This document shows, one piece after another, positions 45,689 to 59,650 of a stretch of DNA of 64,000 bases. The position numbers were made by a program, and so were the translations under genes. The stretch is from Macrostomum lignano (lineage: Eukaryota). Under the pieces are notes generated by a model. It was not told where the DNA came from. It saw nothing but the letters and a program-made list of their open reading frames with translations, and made no database searches. Numbering within the stretch: position 1 is the stretch's first letter; each line of letters begins with the position of its first letter. Location: the NCBI GenBank assembly GCA_002269645.1, contig NIVC01000702.1:62001-126000 (forward strand). Direction: 5' to 3'.

Positions 45689-46670
45689 TGTTGTACCTGT
45701 GGTTGTCCTGCTGTACAGCGCAGTGACTTGGGCTCCGTCCTCTCACTTAGAAGCCTTCTTAACTTTAGTAGCGTAGGTAGTGCTGCCACCAGTTCCTTCA
45801 GGTCTCGGCCTTCGATGAGGTGAGCTTCCCGTCGGAACGAAATAAACAAGTCAACGAACTCAGCACAGCGTGCAGATTTGCAGATTAATGAACAAGGCGT
45901 CCTGATCAGCAGATCCCCGCCGGGCTCAGGGGTGGCTGGGAAGGCAGTGTTAGCCTCCCTTAGGCTTGGGCTTTAGTGGGGTCTCAGTCAGACCAGTACA
46001 AACGGATTCAGTACGCAAAGGGCACTTAGTTAGACACTGACGCACACGGGATCTTAGTGAATTCTCCGCAGATAAGAAGCCACTCCTTGATGGAAACAAG
46101 GGGAGAGGGGTCCTATTTATAGCCGGGAAACACCCACGCACAAGACCTCGTGACTTGTTCTATTTTTAGAACTGACGTCACTTGAGATCTCGAGGCAGGG
46201 TCTCAGTGCGCGCAAGACCTCGTGACTCGTTCTATTTTTAGAACTGACGTCACTTGAGGTCTCCGGCCAGAGTACACGCGGCTGTGACTCAGTTGCTATT
46301 TTTAGCAACATGAGTCACTCCTCTCCTTAGAGAAGGGAGGGTTCCGAAAGCACGTGATTCTCCCGGTAAACAGGGCCAACGAGTGCAGTAAACATGTTTA
46401 CTGCACTTTAGGACTCGAAGAACGCAGAGTCTGTAATGTGACTTGCTCACATGACAGAGGAAAACGGGACGGGAACGAAACAGAGACAGCCCACAGCAGA
46501 GAAGCTGAGGGCTGAGAACAGAGACGCAGAAGGGCAGAACAGGCCAAGGGCAGCAACAGACAGGCCAAGGGGGGTGGGAAGCTGACCAGCGGCAGACAGC
46601 AACCCAGGGCGAGGGCGAGGGAGACTGCTGACAAAGTGGGACGCCTAACATCAACTAGCGGATCACTACA
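45689..46670 (-). repeat. 5' LTR
   Basis: Minus-strand TATAAATA near 46113-46122, a duplicated ~45-bp unit containing TGACGTCA, and the PBS immediately inside at 45670-45688. Confidence 0.95.
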
Positions 46671-47946
46671 TCATATTTCGTAAAATGTTGCACGAGTGCT
46701 GCAAGGTACTTTTGTGTCGCAAGTTTTTGTATTGTCAAATTGTTGCAAACTAATTAAAATGTTAGTTGACTAAATTGAAACTTAATGATCTTCAATTTCC
46801 TTTTTTCTTAGCAAGCCTGAGTATACACGGCACACGTAACAGTAAAGATGACAATTAACCTGCAGCTGTAGCTAGCAGTAATAAAAATCGTATCAAGCTA
46901 TGAACGTGCGAAGTACATGTACATACACTGTAGTTGATGAATATTTCCGCTAGATTTTAAAACCACTTGAAAGACTTATACAGCAATTGTTACACCGTAA
47001 ATTTGACACAAATGTTATATAGCTAGTAACCCATCACAAAAAGACACTAATTACGAGTACTTTGTTTACTTTGTTGTCTGGCATCAGCGGATGATTGAGG
47101 TTATTGAGGTTAAAAGTCCCTTCCCTTATCTCCTTTCCGTTATCTCCCTTCCCTTACATGTATCTCCCTTCCCTTATCTCCCTTCCCTTATCTCCCTTCC
47201 CTTATCTCCCTTCCCTTATCTCCCTTCCCTTATCTCCTTTCCCTTATCTCCCTTCCCTTATCTCCTTTCCCTCATCTCCCTTCCCTCATCTCCCTTCCCT
47301 CATCTCCCTTCCCTCATCTCAGCAAAAAATATCTCCCTTCCCTCATCTCAGCAAAAAATATCTCCCTTCCCTTATCTCCCTTCCCTTATCTCCTTTCCCT
47401 TATCTCCCTTCCCTTATATCCTTTCCCTTATCTCCTTTCCCTTATCTCCCTTCCCTTATCTCCTTTCCCTTATCTCCTTTCCCTTATCTCCTTTCCCTTA
47501 TCTCCCTTCCCTTATCTCCTTTCCCTCATCTCAGCAAAAAAAATCAGCAAAAATCAGAATCAGCAAAAAAACTGGGGAAAACACTAGTTTAATGCTTCTG
47601 GTGTATGCCAGAGCGAGTCTGTCAGTAACTCGCTTTCCAAAACTGCTGTCCGAATATTTATTTCCCTTTACAGGAATTAGGGGCCCAGGGGCGCACATAC
47701 TTTGAGAATGAGAGAAGAACCGCGAAACACTTTTTATGATTTTTCTTGACAACTTATGGTTTGCTATCTGAGCCTATCTGAGCAGCCTTGGCTTTTGACA
47801 CTTGACACGACTGACAGTTTGCAGTTTGCTGTCGATTTGCCTTTTGTTTATGGGTAAAGTTGCTCTATATATGAAGAGTTTACAAAAAAATCAATATACA
47901 AGTCGGAACCAAAATAATCATGTCTTTATCGATTGCATGCAGTTAT
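46671..47946 (+). repeat. Left arm of inverted segmental duplication (knottin downstream region)
   Basis: Reverse complement of 62159-63960, continuing across the LTR insertion to 37719-37760. Contains a 14-mer satellite TCCCTTCCCTTATC at ~47108-47530. Confidence 0.92.
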
Positions 47947-50900
47947 ATTCGTGTTTAAATTTTAATTAAAATTTGAACAAATTGGCTACTAGGAGCTATG
48001 ACAAATTGACTTGTCTATGGCTTACTTTCTCAAGTTAATTCAAACCCTTGGCCATAGAATTCTAATGGGCCGTTCCGTTTTGCATGCCCACTGTTACACA
48101 TAGCGTGACAAAAGCAATATTACTATCTATGCTACATGGGCAGTGGTGAAGTCCTGTTTCTGCCATAGACAAGCGAATCAATGCAGCAGATATTTACATG
48201 TACGCGCACTAGTGAACTGGGCCATGAACTTGAATTCCAGCTTCATATAACCTTCCATTCAGTCACACAATGCACTTACTTCGTTGTACACTGTACTTTT
48301 AGCAAAGCGTCATAGATCGAACAGACTACTATTTAACAACTTCTAGTTTGGTGGCCAAAGTGATGTTTTCCAGAATTCGCTGCATCACTGATGCAAGTCA
48401 GAGGGAGCTGGCTCAGCAGAGAAGGCGAGGGCGCACGACAGGAATGAAGAGAACTGATCAAGAGAAGAAGCTGATGCGAATGAATGCTGTTTGACTGGAG
48501 TTTTAAAGATTCAAGTTTTAACTTCCTAAATGAACTGACTGACTGATTTTACATTTGATCGTTGCAAATGGGATCTTTTACTGCCTTTGATACTTTTTGC
48601 TTAATTATTTTACACTAGTTGATACTACTGGCCACAGACTTCACAAAAAAAGTAGTGTGGACGATTTTTAATTCGGTTTTCATGAAAAATGCGTGATTGA
48701 AAATTCTGTGTTTATTCTGTGGGGTTATACTGGTCCATGAGATTTGCCCGCCGAAGTTTGCCCGCCATGCTTTATTCCTGCAGCGCATTTAGTTACGTCA
48801 CCGTGTCACGCGGCAGATTTTGTCTGCATTGCCCCCAATGCTTAGTACATGTACATGTAAGTTTTAATAAAGAGATTTAGGAAACAAAGCAGCATTGGGC
48901 ATATGCATGAATTAGTAGCTCACCGATGTAACCCCGCATGTAAATATAGAAATGAATTTATGAGCCAGTAATTCCCCAGTCAGCAATTATCCAGCCAAAC
49001 ATACAAATTGTATTTGACACCCTAAAGTTCGTTGTTATTTTAATGATGAGTTTCAGTTCTTGCTGAGTGATGAAGCAGCATTCGTGAATGCTTTGTGGAA
49101 CTGAAATATTTTTGGTACTGCATGTTTCTGACAAACAGAGTGGCTTTTAATCATATTATAATTAAATTATATGAAGCTGATGACTTTCTATTTAATTAAT
49201 GATAAACAGTATGTTTCAATAGATAATAATCAAGATCAAAAAGCACATTCAATATTTATATTCATAGAAATCAATATGTACAGCAGTTGTGTACATCTCT
49301 GGCCCCGTGTGCAAGTTTTGTCTAGAATTAAAACAAAACACAAGTTATGATTTCATGGCTAAAAAAACAAAACGGAAACAATTTGACAGACTATCCAATG
49401 CAGTTAAATTCCAACAAGAGCGGACATGCAATAAAAGTTACAAAAAATGAACTCCAGAAACAATGTCTGATTAATTTTTTTATCAAACCTTTTGGAAATA
49501 AAACTGGCATCGGTAATTCCTTAATCTCTAAGTTATATGGTGATTGATGCTTAAAACATTAGAACTGACTAATGGTGAGTGAAAATTTAAATCACAGAGC
49601 GGCTCTTAAAGAATTATATGGCAAACATTATATCTATCTGACTAATTAAACTACTGACAAAAACCTTAACAGTAGTATAACGCAGAAAAAAAATAATAAA
49701 ACGCACTAGAAAAGTCAAGAAATACTGATTAAAATCAAAAGTATTTACTAATTACGCACACACTAAAACCAACACCACAAGCATTTTCAAGATAATATAA
49801 GTTATCAGCCACCGTCACTTGTAGATTTACTGTGCAGAGGTTACTGAAATAGAATTTGAAGAGTCGCTTGTCATTAAAAGCGGCAGAAAGCTTTAAGTAT
49901 TGAAACAATATAATTTCGGTATGCAACGGGGGCCTTAGTAGGTCTAAAAGGCCGTTAGTTGTACAATCTGGATTCGGCGGATGAATGACCACCCGGTGAC
50001 AAAGAAAGTTTCATTCAGTTATTGTTTTTTCTTCAGAATCGTCAGTGACACCGGGCGAACATTAATCCGCCAATTAAGCTTAAAAGGATTTCATTGATAA
50101 GGCGAATCCTTTTGCAAGCCAGAGTCATCTTTACAAGGGAATCATTAATAGCTAACTTCTCTCTTTCAAAGCAATTTAAACGTGAACTTACCATAATTTT
50201 ATTAATTGTCCGCTTTGATCAATTTTTATTTGGGATATTTAGGTAGGGCCTTTCTTTCAGGCTATCCGGCGTCCCCAGAATAAGGGGGCACCAGAGGTGA
50301 ACTGAAGGACGTTAGAGGTCGGACAGTCATAAAGAATTCACAATATATATTATAGGCACAGCTGGTGAGGGGTCGGACGAATGGGGGGTTGTTGTAATGT
50401 ACACCCAGCACCTCCACCCCCGCTGATACACGCGCACGAGCAGCCGGCGCCGTTCAGCCTCCCCCTCCTCCCGCGGGGGGAGGGAATCTTTGCAATAGGC
50501 CCAGCTATTTGGAGGGTGAGTTGTGGGGTCAGTGCGTGGCCCAATAGTGAATCGGGGAACCCCCATTGCGCGTTCTGTCCATTCCTCCCTCTCCTCGCTC
50601 TCCTTCTCTTTCTTTGGTTAAACCGCACTCTGGCCCCTCAATTTTCAACCCCAACTGTCCCGGCGTGACCCGGTCACGAACCGAACGGGGGTTACCTAAC
50701 CACTTATATAACCAAAAACTCATAAGGCAAGCAAAAGGGGTAGAGAAGGAAGGGCAGAGAATGACCCGCCAGGAAGGTTTTTATACAAGATTAGGGGAGC
50801 TTTATACAAGAGTTAAGAAACTGAATAACAACAGCGCGTTCTGTCCATTCCTCCCTCTCCTCGCTCTCCTTCTCCTTCCACAGCTTATAGATATGACGCA

Positions 50901-51574
50901 CTCTCATGCTAAGGGTCAGTTGAGGTTAACGCCCTGGCCCTTCCTACAACCCTACTTCGTCTCGTAATCCCAAAACTTCTCTCTTAAACCTCTCCTCAGC
51001 AAAGATCACGGTTATATCGATTGAATTGCTATTGATTCTGCTGCAGCGACAAAAGTAATGCCCCGTTTTCAAGCAACTCTCATTGATTTCTTTTGGGTTT
51101 GATTTTTGCTCAACTCTGGAGGGAGGAAACATTTGATTTTGTTTTTTAAATTAAACTGTACTACTTATTAAGGCTCTTACGAGTGATTGAAGTAAATAAC
51201 ATGCTGATAAGAGCAAATAATCTGGCAGTGCAACAACTGCAGAGCTAGATAATTAGCAGAGCTGTTATCAGACTTTATGTAGGGGGTTTAGGGGGGTTGT
51301 TATCACACTATTAGCTCACTGATGCAAATTTTGACTACTCATATCAAGCGCAAGAACTTCCTAATTTAGATTTTTGCTTTTTTGGTATGAGTCACAACAG
51401 AAGTAGATATTTGAAGGTGACGGACTGGCGGCTCTTCTTGTCCCCAGAATGCCCTGCATACTGCATTGGAATTAGTTGTGCTGTGCAATCCAGCATAAAA
51501 AGTCTTTTAGCAATGGTTAGTGGCTCAAGTTTGTTAACGGAAACTGGGGGTGGGATACAAGGCCTTCAAAACCC

Positions 51575-52135
51575 CACAGTGCTCCCACAGTGTCCCAACA
51601 GTGCCCCCACAGTGCCTCCACAGTGCCCCCCATAATACCAACACAGTGCCCCCACAGTGCCCCCCATAATACCAACACAGTGCCCCCACAGTGCCCCCCA
51701 TTAATACAACACAGTGCCCCCACAGTGCCCCCCATAATACCAACACAGTGCTCCCACAGTGCCCCCCATAATACCAACACAGTGCCCCCCATAATACCAA
51801 CACAGTGCCCCCACAGTGCCCCCATAATACCAACACAGTGCCCCCACAGTGCCCCCATAATACCAACACAGTGCCCCCACAGTGCCCCCCATAATACCAA
51901 CACAGTGCCCCCACAGTGCCCCCATTAATACAGCACAGTGCCCCACAGTGCCCCCATAATACCAACACAGTGCCCCCACAGTGCCCCCCATAATACCAAC
52001 ACAGTGCCCCCACAGTGCCCCCCATAATACCAACACAGTGCCCCCACAGTGCCCCCCATTAATACAGCACAGTGCCCCCACTGTGCTCCCCATAATACCA
52101 ACACAGTGCCCCCATAATACCCAGTTCCCCCATCT
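51575..52135 (+). repeat. Minisatellite (ACAGTGCCCCC / CATAATACCAAC)n
   Basis: Compound 11-12-mer units. Confidence 0.9.
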
Positions 52136-52609
52136 CCACAGTGCCTACCACCCTCTTCTATCTCTCCTCTCTCTTACTCCATATCTCCTCACCTTACATC
52201 TCTCCTCCTAGAGCCTCTCTCACCTCGATCGCCGCTTTCCTTTGTCTCATCTCCCCCTCCTCTTTCCTCTTCTCTCTCCTCTATTCCCTCTCCCTCGCTC
52301 TCATCTGTTCCTCTGTCACGAGCTAGATTCTTTATCTTGCCCTTGAGGTGAATAAGTTTGCTGATAAGTTTGTCCATCAACTACATGTAATTAAGAAAGA
52401 CAAATAAGATGAGTCACACGCTACTTGTACCCGGTAATTAGTAGCAACGCGCACATTCAAATCATATATACTTTTTTCTGCGGAAAAATTACTTAGCGAA
52501 CTTTCTCAAACTGTTATAAAACTTCGAGCATATCATAAAAGTTATGAATTTAATATATGTGGTGTTGAATATATATTATAGATTTTAAAGATATGATCCT
52601 GTCTAAAAA

Positions 52610-53625
52610 TAGAGAATGATCCTATCTAACACGGAGAATGATCCTATCTAACAGGGGAGAATGATCCTATCTAGCACAGAGAATGATCATATCTAACAGG
52701 GGAGAATGATCCTATCTAACAGGGGAGAATGATCCTATCTAACAAGGGGAGAATGATCCTATCTAACACGGAGAATGATCATATCTAACACGGAGAATGA
52801 TCATATCTAACAGGGGAGAATGATCCTATCTAACAGGGGAGAATGATCCTATCTAACAGGGGAGAATGATCCTATCTAACAGGGGAGAATGATCCTATCT
52901 AACAGGGGAGAATGATCCTATCTAACAAGGGGAGAATGATCCTATCTAACAGGGGAGAATGATCCTATCTAACAGGGGAGAATGATCCTATCTAACAGGG
53001 GAGAATGATCCTATCTAACAGGGGAGAATGATCCTATCTAACAAGGGGAGAATGATCCTATCTAACACGGAGAATGATCATATCTAGCACGGAGAATGAT
53101 CATATCTAACAGGGGAGAATGATCCTATCTAACAGGGGAGAATGATCATATCTAGCACGGAGAATGATCCTATCTAACAGGGGAGACTGATCCTATCTAA
53201 CAGGGGAGAATGATCCTATCTAACAGGGGAGAATGATCCTATCTAACAGGGGAGAATGATCCTATCTAACAGGGGAGAATGATCCTATCTAACAGGGGAG
53301 AATGATCCTATCTAACAGGGGAGAATGATCCTATCTAACACGGAGAATGATCATATCTATTAGGGGAGAATGATCATATCTACCAGGGGAGAATGATCCT
53401 ATCTAACACGGAGAATGATCCTATCTAACACGGAGAATGATCATATCTAACACGGAGAATGATCCTATCTAACACGGAGAATGATCATATCTAACACGGA
53501 GAACGATCCTATCTAACAGGGGAGAATGATCCTATCTACCAAGGGGAGAATGATCCTATCTTACACGGAGAATGATCATATCTAACAGGGGAGAATGATC
53601 CTATCTTACACGGAGAATGATCCTC
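52610..53625 (+). repeat. 24-bp minisatellite (GAGAATGATCCTATCTAACAGGGG)n
   Basis: About 42 units, ~90 bp downstream of the Rab11-FIP stop. Confidence 0.95.
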
Positions 53626-53716
53626 TCTAAAAAGTCTGTTAAAACAAGCAAATTGGGCTTGAAGATTTTCTTGTGTTTCTTTCATTGCCAAAGAAGAGTG
53701 AATCTCCATCTATTGT

Positions 53717-56700
53717 CTATTTCTGGAACTGTCCTTCTTTGCTATTCGGCGACCTTCCCGGCGACCTGTCGAGCAGTTCCAGGTCCCCGCTGTCGATTAT
53801 TCGTCTCTCCAGTCCATCGATAAAGTTGTTGAGCTCGAGTATTCGCGATTCCAACTCGAGCTGCTGCTTCTCGGCCCGGTTCTCAGCCTCCAAAGCCGCC
53901 AGCTTGGCCTGTCTCAGCCTGTCGAAGGTCTCCTGAAGGCGCTGCTGCAGGCGCCGATTCTCCTCAGTCACCGTGAGCAACTGAGTCTGGAGCAGCTGGC
54001 ATCGTTGCTGCTGCTGCAACAGACGCTGCTGATGATCTGTCAACTGCTCTTCCAATTGCTGCTTCTGTCTGCGCCAGTCTTCTTCCAGTTGTTCCAGTTG
54101 CTGTTTCTTAGTCTTCTGCCGTTGCTTTCGGTTGCTGCTCCGACTGCCAGCTAAGCTGAGGATGCTCAGCCACTTTTTGCCCGATTTCGAAGTCGCTTCG
54201 CCTTCATCAGCGTCCAGTTCGACGGTCGAGTAGGATTCCACCATGGAGTCTGGGCGGAACTCGCGATGATGAGGCGTTCTTGGAGGCTGGCTGAGTGAAC
54301 TCAGCGTTGGCGGTGTGCAAGCTGAAAAATTATGGCATGTGATGAGTATGGCATGTGATGAGTATGGCATGTGATGAGTATGGCATGTGATGAGTATGGC
54401 ATGTGATGAGTATGGCATGTGATGAGTATGGCATGTGATGAGTATGGCATGTGATGAGTATGGCATGTGATGAGTATGGCATGTGATGAGTATGGCATGT
54501 GATGAGTATGGCATGTGATGAGTATGGCATGTGATGAGTATGGCATGTGATGAGTATGGCATGTGATGAGTATGGCATGTGATGAGTATGGCATGTGATG
54601 AGTATGGCATGTGATGAGTATGGCATGTGATGAGTATGGCATGTGATGAGTATGGCATGTGATGAGTATGGCATGTGATGAGTATGGCATGTGATGAGTA
54701 TGGCATGTGATGAGTATGGCATGTGATGAGTATGGCATGTGATGAGTATGGCATGTGATGAGTATGGCATGTGATGAGTATGGCATGTGATGAGTATGGC
54801 ATGAGATGAGTATGGCATGTGATGAGTATGGCATGTGATGAGTATGGCATGTGATGAGTATGGCATGAGATGAGTATGGCATGTGATGAGTATGGCATGT
54901 GATGAGTATGGCATGTGATGAGTATGGCATGTGATGAGTATGGCATGTGATGAGTATGGCATGAGATGAGTATGGCATGTGATGAGTATGGCATGTGATG
55001 AGTATGGCATGTGATGAGTATGGCATGTGATGAGTATGGCATGTGATGAGTATGGCATGTGATGAGTATGGCATGTGATGAGTATGGCATGTGATGAGTA
55101 TGGCATGTGATGAGTATGGCATGTGATGAGTATGGCATGTGATGAGTATGGCATGTGATGAGTATGGCATATGAGTATGGCATGTAATGAGTATGGCATG
55201 TGATGAGCATATGATTCAATACAATTTGAATATGAAACAAGTGAAAAGTCTATCTCCGTCGTGCATTTTACGGGGAAAAACAGCCTCATCAACATTTTCT
55301 TAGAAAGGTAATTTCCCGTCCTTCAACTTGACTAGTCCTTGGATTGCGCACACGTACAGCACAGAGAACCATGAAACCTACGTGCGCGGGAGCCATGGTC
55401 CTCCTGGTCCGCTAGGGCTGTTGCACCCTCCGTCGTGGCCTCGACAGTCAGCGGCCTGGGTCGGCGGCAGAGTTCGCCGAGATCGCGGCTCAACCGCCTG
55501 CACTGCGCGTCGACATCTTCGACATTGTCAGCGTAGACGGTGACTGCAGGATCCTGGTGGGCGGCCTCTCTGCCCAGATCAGCCATGGACATCCATCTGG
55601 CACTGGTCACTTGCGAAGTTGTCTGCTTTCGCTTGTTGTTGTTGCTTTGACAAATTTTGCGCCGCAACGATTTGAACATGGACGGGCCGCTGTCGATGGC
55701 GAGGACGTTGAGCTGCGGCGAGCTCAAGCACCGGGATGGCGGCGGCTGCTGCTGCTGCATCTCGGACTCCCAGTGCAGCCAGCACTTGTAGAACACGGCT
55801 CCGGGTGGTCTCGAACCGCCGCCTCCTACACGTCGGATTGGTTCGAGAATTTCATGACGCTCCTCGGCGTTGGTGACGCCGACAGCCAATTGGGCGATTC
55901 GCAGGCTGACCTGACCGACTGCGGTGCCGCGGCACAGAATGCGGATGCGAAGACGGTCGTCCGGTTCGCTGACGTCGCGGTGTTTTGTTGGCAGATTGCT
56001 TCAGTGTTTAGCAGAGCGGAGTGAAAGGGGGGGTGCAGTGCTTGCTGGAACTCCCGTTCGCGGGCTTTGGCGATGTCGCAAATCAAAAAGCGACAGCTGA
56101 CCCTCTACCTCTCTCTCATCTACCTCTCCCCCTCTACCTCTCTCTCCCATCTACCTCTCCCCCGTTACATCTCTCTCCCATCTACCTCTCCCCCCTTTAC
56201 ATCTCTCTCCTATCTACCTCTCTCTCCCATCTACCTCTCCCCCTTTATATCTCTCTCCCATCTACCTCTCTCTCCCATCTACCTCTCTCTTCCATCTACC
56301 TCTCTCTTCCATCTACCTCTCTCCCCCTCTCCCTCTCTCTCCCATCTACCTCTCCCTCCTTTACATCTCTCTCCCATCTACCTCTCTCTCCTATCTACCA
56401 ATCTGTTCTATCTACCACTCTCTCCCATCTACCTCTCCCCCCTTTACATCTCTCTCTCATCTACCTCTCTCTCCCATCTACCTCTCCCCCCTTTACATCT
56501 CTCTCTCCCATCTACCTCTCTCTCCCATCTACCTCTCTCCCCCTCTCCCTCTCTCTCCCATCTACCTCTCCCTCCTTTACATCTCTCTCCCATCTACCTC
56601 TCTCTCCTATCTACCAATCTGTCCTATCTACCACTCTCTTCCATCTACCTCTCCCCCCTTTACATCTCTCCCATCTACCTCTCTCTCCCATCTACCTCTC

Positions 56701-58329
56701 CCCCTTTACATCTCTCTCCCATCTACCTCTCTCTTCTATCTACCACTCTCTCCTATCTACCACTCTCTCCCATCTACCTCTCTCCCCCTCTCCCTCTCTC
56801 TCCCATCTACCTCTCCTCCTCTACCTCCCCCCTCTACCTCTTTCCTCCTCCTCTGTCCCCTCTGTATCCCTCTCCCCTCTACCTCTCTCCGCCCTCAACC
56901 TCTCTCCCATCTACCTCTCTATCATCTACCTCCTCACTCTACCTCTGATCCCACTCTCTCCCCTACCTCCCTACCTCTCGCCCACGGCCCCGAACAGGCA
57001 CACGGATGCGTACAGAGATGACTGCCAGACAGTCCTCATTGCAAAAAAATGCAGAGTCAAACAGATTAGACTCATATAGGCTAGAGATAAACACACAGAT
57101 AAGAGAGATAAACACACAGATAAGAGAGATAAACACACAGATAAGAGAGATAAACACACAGATAAGAGAGATAAACACAGATAAGAGAGATAAACACAGA
57201 TAAGAGAGATAAACACAGATAAGAGAGATAAACACACAGATAAGAGAGATAAACACACAGATAAGAGAGATAAACACAGAGATAAGAGAGATAAACACAG
57301 AGATAAGAGAGATAAACACAGAGATAAGAGAGCTTACAAAGTAGCGGCAGTGTCCCACACTGGGTTGCCATTGACGGCCTCCACGTCTACAGGTGAGACT
57401 CGTTTCTCCCGGCCGAGACTGATCATAACGCGCCATCTGGCGGTTTTGTTAAAATCTAAAATCATTTTAGACACTTTTTATTACACTGCTGTGTCTCACT
57501 AAATATTATCTAAAACAAAGCAATGAAACGAAATTCAGAAAATCAGGGGTCTTACTGAATGGCAACGTCGGAACGCGAAGTCCCACTGCTCGAAAAACTG
57601 TAAATATGAATGGAATGATTGTCATGGAAACTACTATTGATAATACCGGGTGTATTTTTTGCAGTTCAATTGGCAAATAGAATTTACAACTATAGGCTTC
57701 GTTGGATGTGTTGATCGAGAGGTAGGTTCCTTGAAGGAGAGTATTGAGCTAGAGAGAGAGGGAAAGGAAGGTAAAGGGAATAGGGAGATAGAGACGGAGA
57801 GAGGTTGAGAGGGACGTAGGTAGAGAGGAGAGAGTTAGAGGGGAGAGAGGAGGTGGGGGTAGATGTAGATGGAATGAGAGAGGTAGATGGGAGAGAGGTA
57901 GAGGGTTAGAGAGAGTTAGATGGGAGAGAGAGATAGATGGGAGAAAGTTAGATGGGAGAGAGATAGATGGGAGAGAGGTAGATGGGAGAGAGATAGATGG
58001 GAGAGAGGTAGATAGGAGAGAGGTAGATGGGAGAGAGGTAGATGGGATAGAGAGGTAGATGGGAGAGAGGTAGATGGGAGAGAGATAGATGGGAGAGAGG
58101 TAGATGGGAGAGAGGTAGATGGAAGAGAGGTAGATGGGAGAGAGGTAGAGGGGGAGAGGGAGAAATAGACTGAGAGTGTTAAGAAGCAATACCAATCGAT
58201 GATCTCCCTTATCTCAAGCTGTGCTAAATTCTAAGAAAGTCGCAGGTGTGCAACAGACCAGCAGCTTCACTCACCAATAACGGTGACCGCAGCGCCCGGC
58301 TGCCAGCCAGGAGGGCAGTCGCTGTTCAT
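53717..58329 (-). CDS. RAB11FIP: Class I Rab11 family-interacting protein (C2 + coiled coil + FIP-RBD), 5 exons, ~478 aa
   Basis: Exons 58329-58275, 57597-57556, 57455-57338, 55998-55382 and 54321-53717 give 1437 nt in frame. C2-like VTVIVFRAVGLR...ISLGREK...NPVWDTAATF...GQVSLRI. C-terminal RILELNNFIDGLERRII resembles the RBD ELEDYIDNLLVRVM. Confidence 0.8.
54331..55208 (+). repeat. 16-bp minisatellite (TATGGCATGTGATGAG)n in Rab11-FIP last intron
   Basis: About 55 near-perfect units. Confidence 0.97.
56102..57332 (+). repeat. CT-rich tract (56102-56975) and 19-21-mer (GATAAACACACAGATAAGAGA)n (57082-57332) in a Rab11-FIP intron
   Basis: Read directly. Confidence 0.9.
57751..58165 (+). repeat. 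(GGTAGATGGGAGAGA)n tract in Rab11-FIP intron 1
   Basis: Reverse-complement relative of the 56102-56975 tract. Confidence 0.85.
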
Positions 58330-58714
58330 GTTTTCAGAAACCCACAGAATCCGACACAACTAAGCCGGTATTTTTATACAAGTGTAGCATGAGCCACGGC
58401 AGTCTAAATCTTGCAATTAATAACAATTAATGTTTTTCTAGCTCTTGTTAGACCGAAAATGACATTCGATACAATTAGTTAGTTAACTTTTCGCAAGTTG
58501 GAATTGGCGCTGTATGAATTACACTCGTCAGGTGTAACTACGCTCGTATATACTGAATGGAATTAAACTAATGAAGCTAGCGTGAGTCATCTGCATGCAA
58601 CGAAGTCCATTGGTGTATTAAATTATGCCAATTTTGGTTACTTGTGTAATATTCGCACTATAACGTTTACTCGTTAGACAGATTTATGTATATTGTGCTT
58701 GAATCTCCCTTCGC

Positions 58715-59190
58715 CCGCCGACATTTTCCCACCGACTCTTACCTAACGACATTTACCCAACGAAATTTTCTAACCGTCATTTACCCACCGACATGTAACC
58801 AACAACATGTACTCACTGACATTTACCACCGACATTTACCACCGAAATTTACCAACCGACATTTACCATCCGACATTTACAATCCGACATTTACCCTCCG
58901 ACATTTACCCTCCGACATTTACCCTCCGACATTTACCCTCCGGCATTTACACAACGAAATTTACCCACCGACATTTACTCAAAGACATTTACCCAACACA
59001 TTTACCAAACGACATTTACCAACCAATATTTACTCAACGACATTTACACAACGACATTTACCCAACGACATTTACCTACCGACATTTAGCAACCCACATT
59101 TACTCACCGACACTCACCTTCGACATTTACTCACCGACATTTACTCACCGACATTTACTCACCGACATTTACCCTCCGACATTTGCCCAC
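58715..59190 (+). repeat. Degenerate (CCGACATTTACC)n array
   Basis: Read directly. Confidence 0.85.
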
Positions 59191-59344
59191 CGCAATTCAT
59201 AGATCAATTTTAGCTTAGCCTAAAGAGTTTTCACTTACGACGTACATGTAATTTACTGTCCTATGCGAGAATACTGTCCTTTGCTCTTATAGACGGACTC
59301 CATGATTCTGTATTTGAGCTTTCTTATGTAGACTCCATTTTTTG

Positions 59345-59650
59345 GGACGTTTGCCTGTGGGAAGTTTGCCAGCTGACGTTTGCCAGCCGACGTTTGCCAG
59401 CCGACGTTTGCCTGCGGGACGTTTGCCTGCCGACGTTTGCCTGTGGGACGTTTGCCAGCCGACGTTTGCCAGCCGACGTTTGCCTGCGGGACGTTTGCCT
59501 GCCGACGTTTGCCTGTGGGACGTTTGCCAGCCGACGTTTGCCAGCCGACGTTTGCCAGCCGACGTTTGCCAGCCGACGTTGCCAGCCGACGTTTGCCTGC
59601 GGGACGTTTGCCTGCGGGACGTTTGCCAGCCGATGTTTGCCAGCCGACAT
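59345..59650 (+). repeat. (GCCGACGTTTGCC)n array
   Basis: Read directly. Confidence 0.9.

Larger units (their letters stand above)
37761..46670 (-). mobile_element. Ty3/Gypsy LTR retrotransposon, full length, 8910 bp
   Basis: 982-bp TG...CA LTRs, 4-bp TSD TCAT, PBS-like TGGTGACGCAGCGG and a polypurine tract. Domain order gag-PR-RT-RH-IN. Confidence 0.97.

Noticed and set aside
56963-57436. ORF MARYDQSRPG... as a gene start
   Set aside because: It is the wrong frame. The C2-like sequence is in another frame, and this ORF runs into satellite.
57500-57509. 10-nt micro-exon with AG/GT borders in Rab11-FIP
   Set aside because: Including it creates an in-frame TAA. The acceptor at 57456 gives a continuous frame without it.
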